DNA of 64,000 bases from Azolla caroliniana (Eukaryota > Plantae > Polypodiophyta). The notes under the pieces were generated by a model. It did not search any database. It saw only the letters and a list, made by a program, of their open reading frames with translations, and was not told the DNA's origin. Both the position numbers and the translations under genes were made by a program. Where the stretch lies: the NCBI GenBank assembly GCA_043228905.1, contig JBHGNT010000001.1, positions 3,162,001-3,226,000 of the forward strand, written 5' to 3'. Position 1 is the stretch's first letter. Each line of letters starts with the position of its first letter. Shown here one piece after another: positions 25,903 to 36,902 of this stretch.

Positions 25903-26042
25903 TTTTTTTCGAATTATAATTAGCTTGCCCTAGTGGTAAGTCGGTAGACCCTTAGCATTACGTACGGGGTTAGATACCCAAATTTCTCACTTCTCTATTA
26001 CTCCATCTCTGTTAATTTACTAGGGGGTGAACCCATGACCTT
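25903..26042 (-). mobile_element. Truncated, more diverged SINE copy (same family)
   Basis: 'ccctagtggtaagt...ggggttagatacccaa...ctctattactcca...gaacccatgacc', followed by (CT)n. Confidence 0.7.
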
Positions 26043-26611
26043 CTTCTCCTCTCTCTCTCTCTCTCAAATCCGTCTCTTTTAGCTATTACACGGTCTGTAG
26101 TGAAACAGAGTTGGGCTTCCCTGCTCCTGCACAGGAGAGACGATGATTTAGTACCCTCATTGTTGCTGTGTATGGTAAATCCGTATGCAATTCAAACCAC
26201 TGGAATCGAACTTCCTGGTTATTGTTGTTGCCCCACATGATAGATGAACATTGAAGGTTTAAACAATTGTTCCTTTCCATCCTTCCGCTGTGTTCTGTTG
26301 TCGAGTTTGCTATTCTTCATCAGGATAAGCAGTAGTCTTATTTCTTATATTTTGTTGGATCCATCCTTTACTGTTTGTCACCTGCTTCTTCGTTGATGTT
26401 CATTTCTCGTTTTTTTTTTGTTTCTTCTTTGGTTCTGGATTCTCCGCTGTGTAATTGTTTCTTCTTGTTATTCCTATAAACATTCTTCACCACACGAAGT
26501 CTGTCAGAATAAGTAGTAGTATTCTTGCTTCCATTTCTCGGATCCTATTCTTCCTCACTTTATATCCAAATCCATTGTTTTCTCAGGTTAAAGATCCGTT
26601 AAAACCAAATC

Positions 26612-27803
26612 ATGGGTTGTGTGATCGGAACACAGAATAAGAATCCAAGATGTTTCCTAGATATTGCAGTGGATGGAGAGGTTATTGGTCGTCTTACCAT
26701 TGAAGTGCGCAAAGATGTGGTGCCGATCACGGCAGAGAATTTTTGCAGACTGTGTAGTGGGATAGAGAACACCTCTTACAAAGGAACCACCATTGATCGA
26801 ATTGTTCCTGGATTTATCGCACAGGTGAAGGGCATTGTCATATGTATAGATATATATCAGGGATATGGCTTGTTTCCTCAATGATTTTAAAGTGTTATGA
26901 ATGTGTTCTGTTTGGAGACCTGTGAAGAAGAAGAAGTTTTGCTGTAAGAGAACCTATTCTAGAGTAGTTTTAAAGACATTTATTGTGTAGTCGGTTGGAT
27001 AAATCATATGGAATTCGATTCCATCTCTTTGGCAAATCTAAATGATGTTGTGAATGTGCAGGGGGGTGAATGTGGTAAGTCGATATATGGGAAGAGGTTT
27101 GAGGATGAAAACTTCAAGCTTCTGCACAGGGGCAGAGGGTCCTTGTCCATGGCCAACAATGGCCCACACACTAATGGTATAGCTCCATCCCCACTATTAC
27201 TAATTGCTTTCTCTCAAAATTTCAGTGTTCATTAACAACCTTTCAACTAACCCAACAAAAGATACAGCTATATATAATACATTGTCATGCAATGTAGGCT
27301 CCCAATTCTTTATTTCACTTGGTGATTGTTCCCGGCTAGATGGAAAACATGTGGTTTTCGGCAAAGTCATTGACGGTAAGGTTCTGACGGTTTCCTGCAA
27401 CTGCTGCACCTATATGCATGCTGTCAAAACCCATTCTTATAGCTCTTACATTGTTTTTGGAAACAATTTGTGCTTTTCGAAGAAGTGGCAGAAAATATTT
27501 TCTTTAGTGACCTCTAGTGTCTGAGGTGTATGTGGCCGCTTATCAAGACTCATTCTTGTGGCTCGAGAGCTATTTTGAAAAGGAGTTTGCGGTTTTCAAA
27601 GAAGTGTGTCAGAGAATGTGTACATAAGTTATCTTTATGCTATGTGTGTGCTAGATGTATGTAGCTGGTTGTTTCTGTACAATGAATCGGATATGTTTGC
27701 AGGGAAAGAGGTTCTGGAGATCCTCAATGAACTTGGTACGACAGAAGGGAGAACTAAGAAGAAGGTCACCATTTATGATTGTGGAGTTGTATCTCAGAAG
27801 TGA
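26612..27803 (+). CDS. Single-domain cyclophilin-type peptidyl-prolyl cis-trans isomerase (~168 aa, 4 exons) with an MGC N-terminus
   Basis: Exons 26612-26824, 27062-27176, 27298-27375 and 27703-27803 have compatible phases. Motifs: 'PITAENF', '[11 protein letters not shown]', 'KSIYG..FEDENF', 'LSMAN.GP.TNGSQFFI', '[11 protein letters not shown]', 'I.DCG'. An in-frame TAA at 26600 fixes the start. Confidence 0.95.
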
Positions 27804-29318
27804 GAGATTTGTCATATGCTTTTGTGTGAACGGAGTATATGCCATCCAAACCTGGTTTATTATTTGATTTTATTCATTTGTTTATTTATATCATGATGGT
27901 GGCATTATAATGGGACACAACTCATCTGTGCATGGGATTCACTCCCCACTATTTTGTTTCTTGCATTTGTTTCTAGTGGGATGATGGTGTGTCTACAATG
28001 AATCTCATACAATGGTGCAGTTGTGTGGAGTCATCGATATTATGATTATTCTTCATATATGTTTCTACATGAGATGGTTAAACAAATTTTATCATCATCC
28101 TCGGAGGGAAATATGCTGACCTAATCTATGGAACCTCTGCGGACTATAAAACAAAAGCATATATAGAGAGAGAGGGGATTAATCAATGTTTTTCTTTAGT
28201 ATGGTTCCAAACCACCATGGGCCTAAAGCAACATGATTTAAAACATGTGAGATGCAAAATTTGTAACTATTTCTACAGGATAATGCTCAATTACATTAGT
28301 GTATTATGATATACTTCAATGTTCTTCATTTCTGATTCTTTACTGCCATTTTAGCCCTGTGCATTTGTATGACCAAAGCTGTTATTCATGGATGCATTGT
28401 ATTTCAATGGACCAGACTCGTTGTGTCTACCTTCAATGTGGTGTCGTCCATGTTTCGTTTAAATATAAGCGTTTCACATAAATGAAAATAACTTGTTGCT
28501 GAAGAGCTTGTGATTCACTTGCCAAGCCACAATATGCGTCTGTATTTTTTGCAATCCCCTATGACATGATTCACACATTATATGACTTGGAATCCTTCTA
28601 TGACTTGTCATAGGTATTCTAATGAGAAATGTGTGCTAAGTGTTGTGAATGATCAACAAAATTGACATCTTTTATGGTCCAGTAATATGTACACAATGTG
28701 AGGTGTATCGCAGTATGGACAAATTGGTTCACATGTCAATATGCATCTAACATGGTGGGTGTGGCAATAGACGAGCAACTTGATGTTTCCCCAAGTGTAT
28801 ATATTTTAACATTCGGAGCCAAATAAAATGCACATTCTAAGAATCTTAATATGATTTCATGTCTTTCAAAGCACAACAATTGTGTATATTTTTTGGACCA
28901 TTCTGCATCCTGCCTCAGGATCTATATCCGGAAGTGAATTTAAGGCCATCAAATGAAAATGGGACCTATCAGGCAGACTAGATTCAATGACATGAAACCC
29001 GCATGTTTATCAAGAGATAGTGATGGCTCTCACACACACAAACACACACAATGTGTCGATGAACGTGGTGATGGCGAGGGCGCAGGATTCTTGAGTCAAA
29101 GCATATTGGGTGGGTGTGTGGATCACATTATGCCCACGTTTCCAAAAGCCATCCATCCATCCATCCATGATGATATGCCAAGCCCCCCAAGAGAAACCCC
29201 AAAACCAAAAGAGGCAGGAATGAACAACATACATAAATGATGCCAATGCCCACCAGCCTTTCTTTCTCTCTCTCTGTGTAATTTGAGCACTCCTTTTTCC
29301 TTCTGCATTCCAGGATCC

Positions 29319-31788
29319 ATGGCTTCTGCAGGTTTCTGGTCCCCATCTCGCCCTTCCTCCACCTTCTCCTCCTCCTCCTCCTCTTCCTGCTGCTGCGATC
29401 ATCAGAGCCCTGCTCTCCTCTTCTTCCTCCTTGGTGGCCACATTAAGAAGCACCCCTTCAATGCTTCTCGTCTCTCTCCAGTAGAGCAGCCACAAACGAT
29501 GAGGAAGAAAAGAGGATTTCCCATTTTTGCTTCCTCTAATCAAGCTCAGCCTCAAAGTAGAAATGAACGTTTTTACTTCAACTTTACCGGGTTCCCCTTC
29601 CCTCTTGGTCCTTTCCTGGAACGGCGAACCATTCGCAAAGAGGTTTGTCTTTGTGCTTGTGTGTGTATGTGTGTTTTTGTAGTGAAAGGGTTAGAAAGAA
29701 TGAGAGGCTGAACTTCTGCAGTTTCTTCGTGTTTTTGTAGAATCTTTCTATGTTCCTGTGTCTTTGAATTTGATTTTATGTAAAACTTCCATCACCTGTT
29801 CTTTAGTGTCAGGATATTATATTGCATCGTATATATACACAGTCTACTGTTTATGCTCCACTGATTGTTGGAAGACTCGTTTGATTGGTACATTCAGCCA
29901 TTTGGTGGTATGAAATATGTATTTTTTGCAAGTCTTATGATGGAACTCCTCTTTACAGATTGACAAAGGAAAGATTTGGACTTTTGAGCAAGAACAAGCA
30001 CTTGGTTTTAGCAGTGTGACCACGAACATTCGTATGACTGTAGTGAAGCTGAAATCAGGTGGTTTATGGGTTCATGCCCCAATTGCTCCAACTAAAGAAT
30101 GCATTCAGGTACACCTCAAGATCTCTCAATAAAATGTATCCTCTCATAAATAGAAACCTTTGTTGATTCTGGTATTTTCATGTCTTTCCACAATGTATTT
30201 ATTTTCTTTGAGATGCAATCTTCAGTTAGTGGACTAATTTGGTTATTTTTCATGGTTTGGAGGGTGTCAGCTTTTGGATGAATTGGAGGCTCCCGTAGAA
30301 TACATTGTTCTACCTACATTTGCTTATGAGCATAAAATATTTGTGGGCCCTTTCTCAAGAGAGTTCCCGAAAGCACAGGTTTGGGTGGCTCCGCGCCAGT
30401 GGAGTTGGCCATTAAATTTACCTCTCGAGTTCTTTGGTATTTTTTCTGCAAAAGTGTTGCGTGAAGACAAGGAAAAATCAGCACCATGGGCAGATGAAAT
30501 TGATCAGAAGATTCTGAGCTCACCAGAAGTTGGTGATAATGACAATAACTTGATCTTGTTCTTAAATGACTCATTTTCTGAAAATCTAGATTAGCTAAAC
30601 AATGTCTTTTAATTTTAGCTGTGTTTTTCCTTGTTCCTTTTGTTAGGCATTGGGCCATATGTGGAAGTGGCATTCTATCATAAGCCATCACGAACATTGC
30701 TGGTAACTGATGCTGTTATATATGTACCTGCAAAACCAGCTGAGGTAGTGAGCAAAAGTGCCCTCTTAGAGGCAGCCAAGAATGGTCTTGCTGTGAAAAT
30801 TCTTAGTAAGGGCAAGACTGTTCCTGATGAACCTATTATCGACAACGAAAGAACCCGACAAAAAGGTGAATAAAGTATTGTCCTATTGTTTGTAAAAAAA
30901 ATGCTCAATGAGACATGTATTGATGTGTATGAGAGGAGATTTTTCTAGGATGGGAAAGGATGGTGCTCCAAATTTTGTTTCTTGGGCCATCCGACTTGCT
31001 CGAGCCTCAAAGATCATTTGCTCAAATGTCTCAGAAACTCATAGTGTCCCCCATTATAAAGACACTTGTTTTCAGCAAAGTACCAGAGAAGGTATTTATT
31101 TATCTATATGTCAGTTAATATGATGTGATTTTTTCTGATAAAAGGGATGCCTCTGCACATCTAATCATTGTAAAGCAATAAAGGAAAGCTTCGCATCTTT
31201 TTCTAGTGCCTGATATTTTATTTATTACATTATTATTTATGCTATATAATATTATCTACGACATGCAAACTCAAAACCTGATTATGCAGGTCAGGCTGAT
31301 CCAAGTTTCTTGTTTTTGCTTGTTTATGCCCTCCCCTTATCTTTTTCACTGTGTGCTGTGGCTTGTTACAACTAATTGTGGATGAAAAACTTATCACTAT
31401 TGGTCAATTTGAAGTCTCGTGAATGTGAGTTAAACTAAAGTCTTCTGTTGAATTAAAGTTGATTAAATGTATGGGGCTTATGCAGGTTAAGCTATGGGTC
31501 AATAGCATAGTTAGTGAGTGGCGTTTTAAGAGAATTATTCCTTGCCACTTTGCGGCCCCAATTAAAGCCAGTCCATCAGACTTCAAGGCTGCATTTGCCT
31601 TCCTTGATGATCTTACCGGTGAAGATAAAACCAGTGCACTACCTGATTTCCAGTTCTCTTTATCAGTGCTACTAGGCAAAGCAGCTAGCTACTTCCCACC
31701 TGAGGATATGAAGACACTATCATCTCTTGATCAATTTCTGGTTTCTGTTGGCGCTGTGAAAAAGACAGTCTCCAGCAAGAGGAGATGA
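29319..31788 (+). CDS. DUF4336-family protein, likely plastid-targeted (At3g01060-like), 6 exons
   Basis: Exons 29319-29642, 29959-30108, 30271-30532, 30647-30865, 30949-31091 and 31486-31788. Ser-rich transit-like N-terminus. Motifs 'FPFPLGPFLERRTIR', 'IWTFEQEQALG', 'RMTVVKLKSGGLWVHAPIAPT', 'PTFAYEHK', 'FYHKPSRTLLVTD', 'RIIPCHF'. Confidence 0.9.
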
Positions 31789-32895
31789 TATTTTTACAAT
31801 CTACTATTCTTTTTGTTTTCTTTACATGCCTGATCTATTATTTCTCTCCGATTGGTCGTATTTGACCTCCGAGGATGATAATAAAAAGTCACTCTCTTAT
31901 TGAGTCCATACTTTCATAATACACAAAAGGAACCAGGAAAATGGGCTTTATCTATTCGGGTAGGAGGAGCGATTTAAACCTTGGCAGCATAAAGCATAAG
32001 TGGAACTGGTGAAGGAGCAAAAGTAAGGACGAGAAAGAGGGCTGAAAGATGAAAGTTTTATTAGCTGCAACTTTGCGAAAGTTTTAAAAAGTTTTATCTA
32101 ATTACATATTTTCTTGGTCGCAAACAACATACATGCTAAAGCACAATGGGCAAGCATTGCCTTTTTCCTGATATATATGAAACTTCAATATGTGCACAGT
32201 TTCAACCACACAAGTGTCCAAATGCATTATAATTGAAAAAAACAAATGCTTAATTATAACTAATGTGTATAAAATTGGAGCGGAAGCAGGGAAATATTGC
32301 TCTTTTTGCATTATCGTCTGAAAAGATAAGTAAAATACTAATGGGTATAACAGGAAGTCCATGAAGGATATTGTCGATAACAAAGTATCAAGATACTTGT
32401 AATGTTCGAGTGTTATGATTAGGCATAAATGCATTGGGCAAGTGAAACAATTATGGATTAACCTTATAATTCTTTGGAGATTAAAATTTTCAGTAGGCAA
32501 TTTGATGAAGGGATGATGATGGCAATGTTGCATTATTATCCTTGATAGTTCATTATCCTTGCAACTTGTCATGATTAGGCTTAAGTATCTTGCGAAAGTC
32601 ACCATTATTTGTGTGGGATGATAGGCTCATGATGGAGTCTTGGATTGATTTGTATAGATTGGCATATTAAGCTTCACATAATTGTGTGAAGCATCTTGTT
32701 CCCTAGAAACCGTGAGGTAAATCCCTTGGGAAATCAAGTAGTCAGCTATGCAGATGGAGGCTTGTGTGACCACTTATACGGCAGACGTGATTTTGGGTAA
32801 TAAAAACATCTTCCAACAATAGATGAAGGTGAATTATCTATCCTCCATCAAATCATCTCGCAGAAATGTATGAAGCAATATCACATCAGTATATA

Positions 32896-35457
32896 CTACT
32901 CCCCACATATACACCTTCCTTCCTCAAAGATGTGAATACGATTTGGATCCCTGACCTGAATCTTGCATTTCTCCATCTTTGATATCAGGGATGTCGCAAA
33001 ATGGCAATCATCGCAAATGCGTATGTTCTTTGTAATCCGAATAGTTGTACCTTGAGATGTATTGATCAAGGCACACGCAATGGCCAGTTTCTCAGCATGT
33101 CCACAAAGTACCTCTTCATTCTTTATATTACCTGAAATAGATTGTGATACCCAATGTAATCGTGGAGAATACCCTACCAAGTTCAGTTTTTGACGAATGT
33201 CTTCTAGCTTAGCACATATGAGTGTACTTTGGGGATGGTTTATATTCCCTCCAGTAAAGGTATGGACAACATTTTTACTGGCATCAGTCCACCAACAACA
33301 TCCTGGGATACTCCATGCTCCATTTTTTAGTCTTTGGGCTTCAATCTCAGAAGCTTCCTCTTGCATTCCAGCAGCTGCATATATGTTTCCCATGTAGATA
33401 TATGCAGTTACACACTTTTCATCCAGCTTTACTAACTGCTCAAAGGCCCACCTCCCAAGCTCTACATTTAACCATTTTCGGCAAGCACCTAAAAGATCCA
33501 ACCATAATTGAAGACAGTCAGATGGTGGCACCTTCTCGATAACCACCAGTGCTTTTTCGAAATGCCCTGCACGGCTGAAAAGATCTACCATGCAAGCATA
33601 GTGTTCTAAAGTAGGTTTGAGACAGTAAACATTTTCCATATCATCAAAAAGCATTTGTCCCTCCTCCACACGACCTGCATGACTGCATGAACTCAACAAA
33701 ACAAGGAAAGTAACCACATCGGGGACAGTGCCCTCTGATACCATGTCATTGAATAAATCCAAAGCCCTTTCAGTCTCACCAAGTTGAGCATATCCAGCAA
33801 TAAGTGCTGTCCAGGATACAACATTATGTCTAGGAAGCTCACCAAACAATTTCTGTGCTTTTCCCAGCACACCACACTTGGCATACATATCGACCACTGC
33901 AGTACCAAGCATTATATTTTTCTCCAACAACCCCTGTTTTTGAACCTCCTCATGTATCTCTTCCCCCATCTCAAGGGATCCTATGTTGCCACATGCTTTC
34001 AAAATGCAAATAAATGTGATCACATTTGGATGCAGTCCCCCATTGCACATTTTCATGAAGCAACTCACGGCTTTATGGCCAAGTTCATGCTGAACATAAC
34101 CAGCCATGAGTGCATTCCAGGCTACAACATCCCGTGCTGGAAGTTCATCAAATACCTCTTGTGCTTTTTCAATGACGCCACATTTGGCATACATGTCCAC
34201 CAACGCAGTGCCAATCATTGTGTCTTTTACAAATCGCCCCTCCTTTTGAACTTCAGCATGTATTGCTTCTCCAATCTCAAGAGATCCTACACAACCACAA
34301 GCCTTCAAAATGCAAATGAAGGTGACTGAAGTTGGGCAGTGGCCATCTTGTCTCATCCTCGCATAACAATTCAGGGCAATATCACCAAGGCCATGTTGGA
34401 CATACCCAGTAATCAATGCATTCCAGGATACAACATTCCGCTCTGGAAGTTGATCGAACACTTCTTGTGCTTGTTTAAGGGCGCCACACTTGGCATACAT
34501 GTCAACCAATGCAGTGCCAAGCACGATGTCTTTTCCAAATAGCCCATCTTTCTTTACCGTGGCATGTATAGCTTGTCCTATATCAAGGAATGGTGTGCCA
34601 CCGCAAGCTTTCAGGATGCAAATGAAAGTGACTGCATTTGGGGAAATGCCTTCATCTTGCATCTGCATGAAGCAATTCAGAGCTTGATTGCTGAAGCCAT
34701 GTTGTGCATAGCCACAAATCAACGCAGTCCAAGATACAACATTTCGAGCCGGAAGCTTATCAAACACTTCTTGTGCTTTTTGTAAAGCACTACACTTTGC
34801 ATACATATCAACAAATGCAGTGCCAAGAACAATGTCTTTCTTTAACAGACCCCGCCTTGTGACCTCATCATATATCTCCTCCCCAAGGTCCTGATGCCTC
34901 AAGGTGCCACAAACTTTCAGGATGCAAACAAATGTGATGGAATCAGGAGAGAGTCCCTCATCTCGCATGCCTCTAAAGCAGCTCAGAGCTTTCTTTCCAA
35001 GCCCATGTTTGGCATATGCAGAGATGAGTGAGGTCCATGACACAGCATCTCGCACCGGAAGCTGATCGAATAGTTCTTGCGCTTTATATAGAGCCCCACA
35101 CTTTGCAAACATACTAACAAGGGCATTGCCTATGGAAACATCTTTCGGAAATAGGCATTTCTCGACAACATCAGCATATACTTTCTTGGCTCTTATCAAA
35201 TCCTTGCGCCGTGCACAACACTTTATCAAATCCATCAGAGACGGGCGATCCAGTGAAGAATCATCTTGAAGAGGATTATGCTGTTCAGGGCTAACCGTGG
35301 ACGACGAGTGCATACGATGTTTGTGATATGGAGGTTGAAGAAAGGGGAGGGGGCTTACCTGGGTTGTCTTGTTTTCCGAAGAATGAAATGGATCCCTGCG
35401 ATGCAAGGCCGGCGTGTCTGTGGGTGTTATCTCTACTGAGAAAGGCAACATCGCCAT
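32896..35457 (-). CDS. PLS-class PPR protein with E and DYW-type (DYW:WW) deaminase domains; organellar RNA editing factor, 853 aa, intronless
   Basis: Repeating P-L-S motifs ('ALVDMYAKCG...A.EVFD.LP.RNVVSW.ALI.GY.QHG'), E domain, PG box 'PGCCWWTD', 'GHAEKLAIA', 'KNIRICDDCH', ending 'HIFEEGRCICGE'. Confidence 0.95.
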   Translation of the reverse strand: MAMLPFSVEITPTDTPALHRRDPFHSSENKTTQVSPLPFLQPPYHKHRMHSSSTVSPEQHNPLQDDSSLDRPSLMDLIKCCARRKDLIRAKKVYADVVEKCLFPKDVSIGNALVSMFAKCGALYKAQELFDQLPVRDAVSWTSLISAYAKHGLGKKALSCFRGMRDEGLSPDSITFVCILKVCGTLRHQDLGEEIYDEVTRRGLLKKDIVLGTAFVDMYAKCSALQKAQEVFDKLPARNVVSWTALICGYAQHGFSNQALNCFMQMQDEGISPNAVTFICILKACGGTPFLDIGQAIHATVKKDGLFGKDIVLGTALVDMYAKCGALKQAQEVFDQLPERNVVSWNALITGYVQHGLGDIALNCYARMRQDGHCPTSVTFICILKACGCVGSLEIGEAIHAEVQKEGRFVKDTMIGTALVDMYAKCGVIEKAQEVFDELPARDVVAWNALMAGYVQHELGHKAVSCFMKMCNGGLHPNVITFICILKACGNIGSLEMGEEIHEEVQKQGLLEKNIMLGTAVVDMYAKCGVLGKAQKLFGELPRHNVVSWTALIAGYAQLGETERALDLFNDMVSEGTVPDVVTFLVLLSSCSHAGRVEEGQMLFDDMENVYCLKPTLEHYACMVDLFSRAGHFEKALVVIEKVPPSDCLQLWLDLLGACRKWLNVELGRWAFEQLVKLDEKCVTAYIYMGNIYAAAGMQEEASEIEAQRLKNGAWSIPGCCWWTDASKNVVHTFTGGNINHPQSTLICAKLEDIRQKLNLVGYSPRLHWVSQSISGNIKNEEVLCGHAEKLAIACALINTSQGTTIRITKNIRICDDCHFATSLISKMEKCKIQVRDPNRIHIFEEGRCICGE

Positions 35458-36069
35458 TCCTACTACTTCTTCTTCTTCTTCTGGGCAGAATCCATGAAAA
35501 CTTTGGACATGTTAACTACATCTAGGTTGCTAACAAGGTAACAGAGGTGGGTTCTCAGCTTGGGTACCAAACTGCAGAAACAAGAATTCCTGCTCCATCT
35601 CTTCTCTGTGAATTATCATATTACAGAATGCTAGCAGCACAAGTGTGTGTGGGCACACTGTGAGTGGTGACACTATGGCCTCTTGTAGGGGGGCCTTCTT
35701 CTCGATGTGTCCACATTTTCTCGTGTATGCGGTTTATCTGCGTGTACCCACTCTCCCCTGTATAGCTTACACACACTCAAACACTCACACGTCGGACCGG
35801 ATTAGCTCCTTCCATTTTGCTCTCCGATCTTTCGTGCACACCACATCCACGGCACAATGGAGATTTGAGCATACGTGATTCGATTATACACCACTATGGT
35901 GTTTGAGAATCGGTTATGGCAATGCTTTTCGCGTTTATATGGAGAATTCGACACGTGAATAATGGATGTTTATGCAAAGCCGTATGGATATGAGATGCAA
36001 TTAACAGATCCTTTGGATGGGAGGACGCATATATGGAGCACCTGTAGTATAAACAATTAACAAATGCAA

Positions 36070-36119
36070 TATTGAAATTTAGGAGACATGGACTATTGAA
36101 ATTTAGGAGACATGGACTA
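36070..36119. repeat. 24-bp tandem duplication
   Basis: 'tattgaaatttaggagacatggac' x2. Confidence 0.9.
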
Positions 36120-36902
36120 TGAGAAGACTGATGCACTCCAATTTCAGGATCAATGATTGAATTTTTATAGCTTTGATTGAAGGCGTTGTATGATCATATC
36201 ATAAAAGTGTAATTTCCTAGATTAAATATAAAATTAATAAAAACTTGTGTTGGATGGATGCAAGATATGAAAAAATGGTTTGGACGATGGGATGCATCAG
36301 ATTTGTTTCATGATGTGTTCGTTAAATTCCTCCATCAATGAGACGTTTCTACAATGCCATTGTATCACAAGTGGGAAGAGAATGTTGATGCACTCATTTC
36401 ACACATTATATTGCATACATTGCACCAAACTATAAAACCATCAACTATGTATGCAAACTTATCAGCTATGCATATATTAAAGTTCATGAATTGGAGTACC
36501 ATACTCCACTACAATGATTCACCTTTAGTCACGGACATGTTTGCTTTCTCCACAAAGCTCTCTAGCCGTCACAATGCTCAACTCTCGATCACGACAACAT
36601 TCGTTATTAAGATTCTTGAGACATCAAGTCTGGCCATCGTAACTAAAACCCACACATACTACGTACATGGCAAGCGGCAAGTTAAGGTTCTTGTAAAAAC
36701 AAGAGAACCCAACGAGGGTCGTGTGAAAATAATGAAATGAAAGTTGCAGTCGAACAATCGGAGCCGGCAAGGAAGTCATGACAATGGATTGGAGTTATGG
36801 TTTGGCCCCACATACGTACATACATATACGTACGTACTTACATATACATACATAGATATATATGTAAACACATACTATATACATGCATACGTGGATACAT
36901 AT

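Noticed and set aside
32102-32605. 167-aa minus-strand ORF
   Set aside because: No recognisable motifs or splice structure; it lies in AT-rich DNA between the 3' ends of convergent genes and is likely a chance ORF.
33197-34785. Plus-strand ORFs overlapping the PPR gene (likewise 49534-50607)
   Set aside because: They are antisense shadows of a long coding frame.
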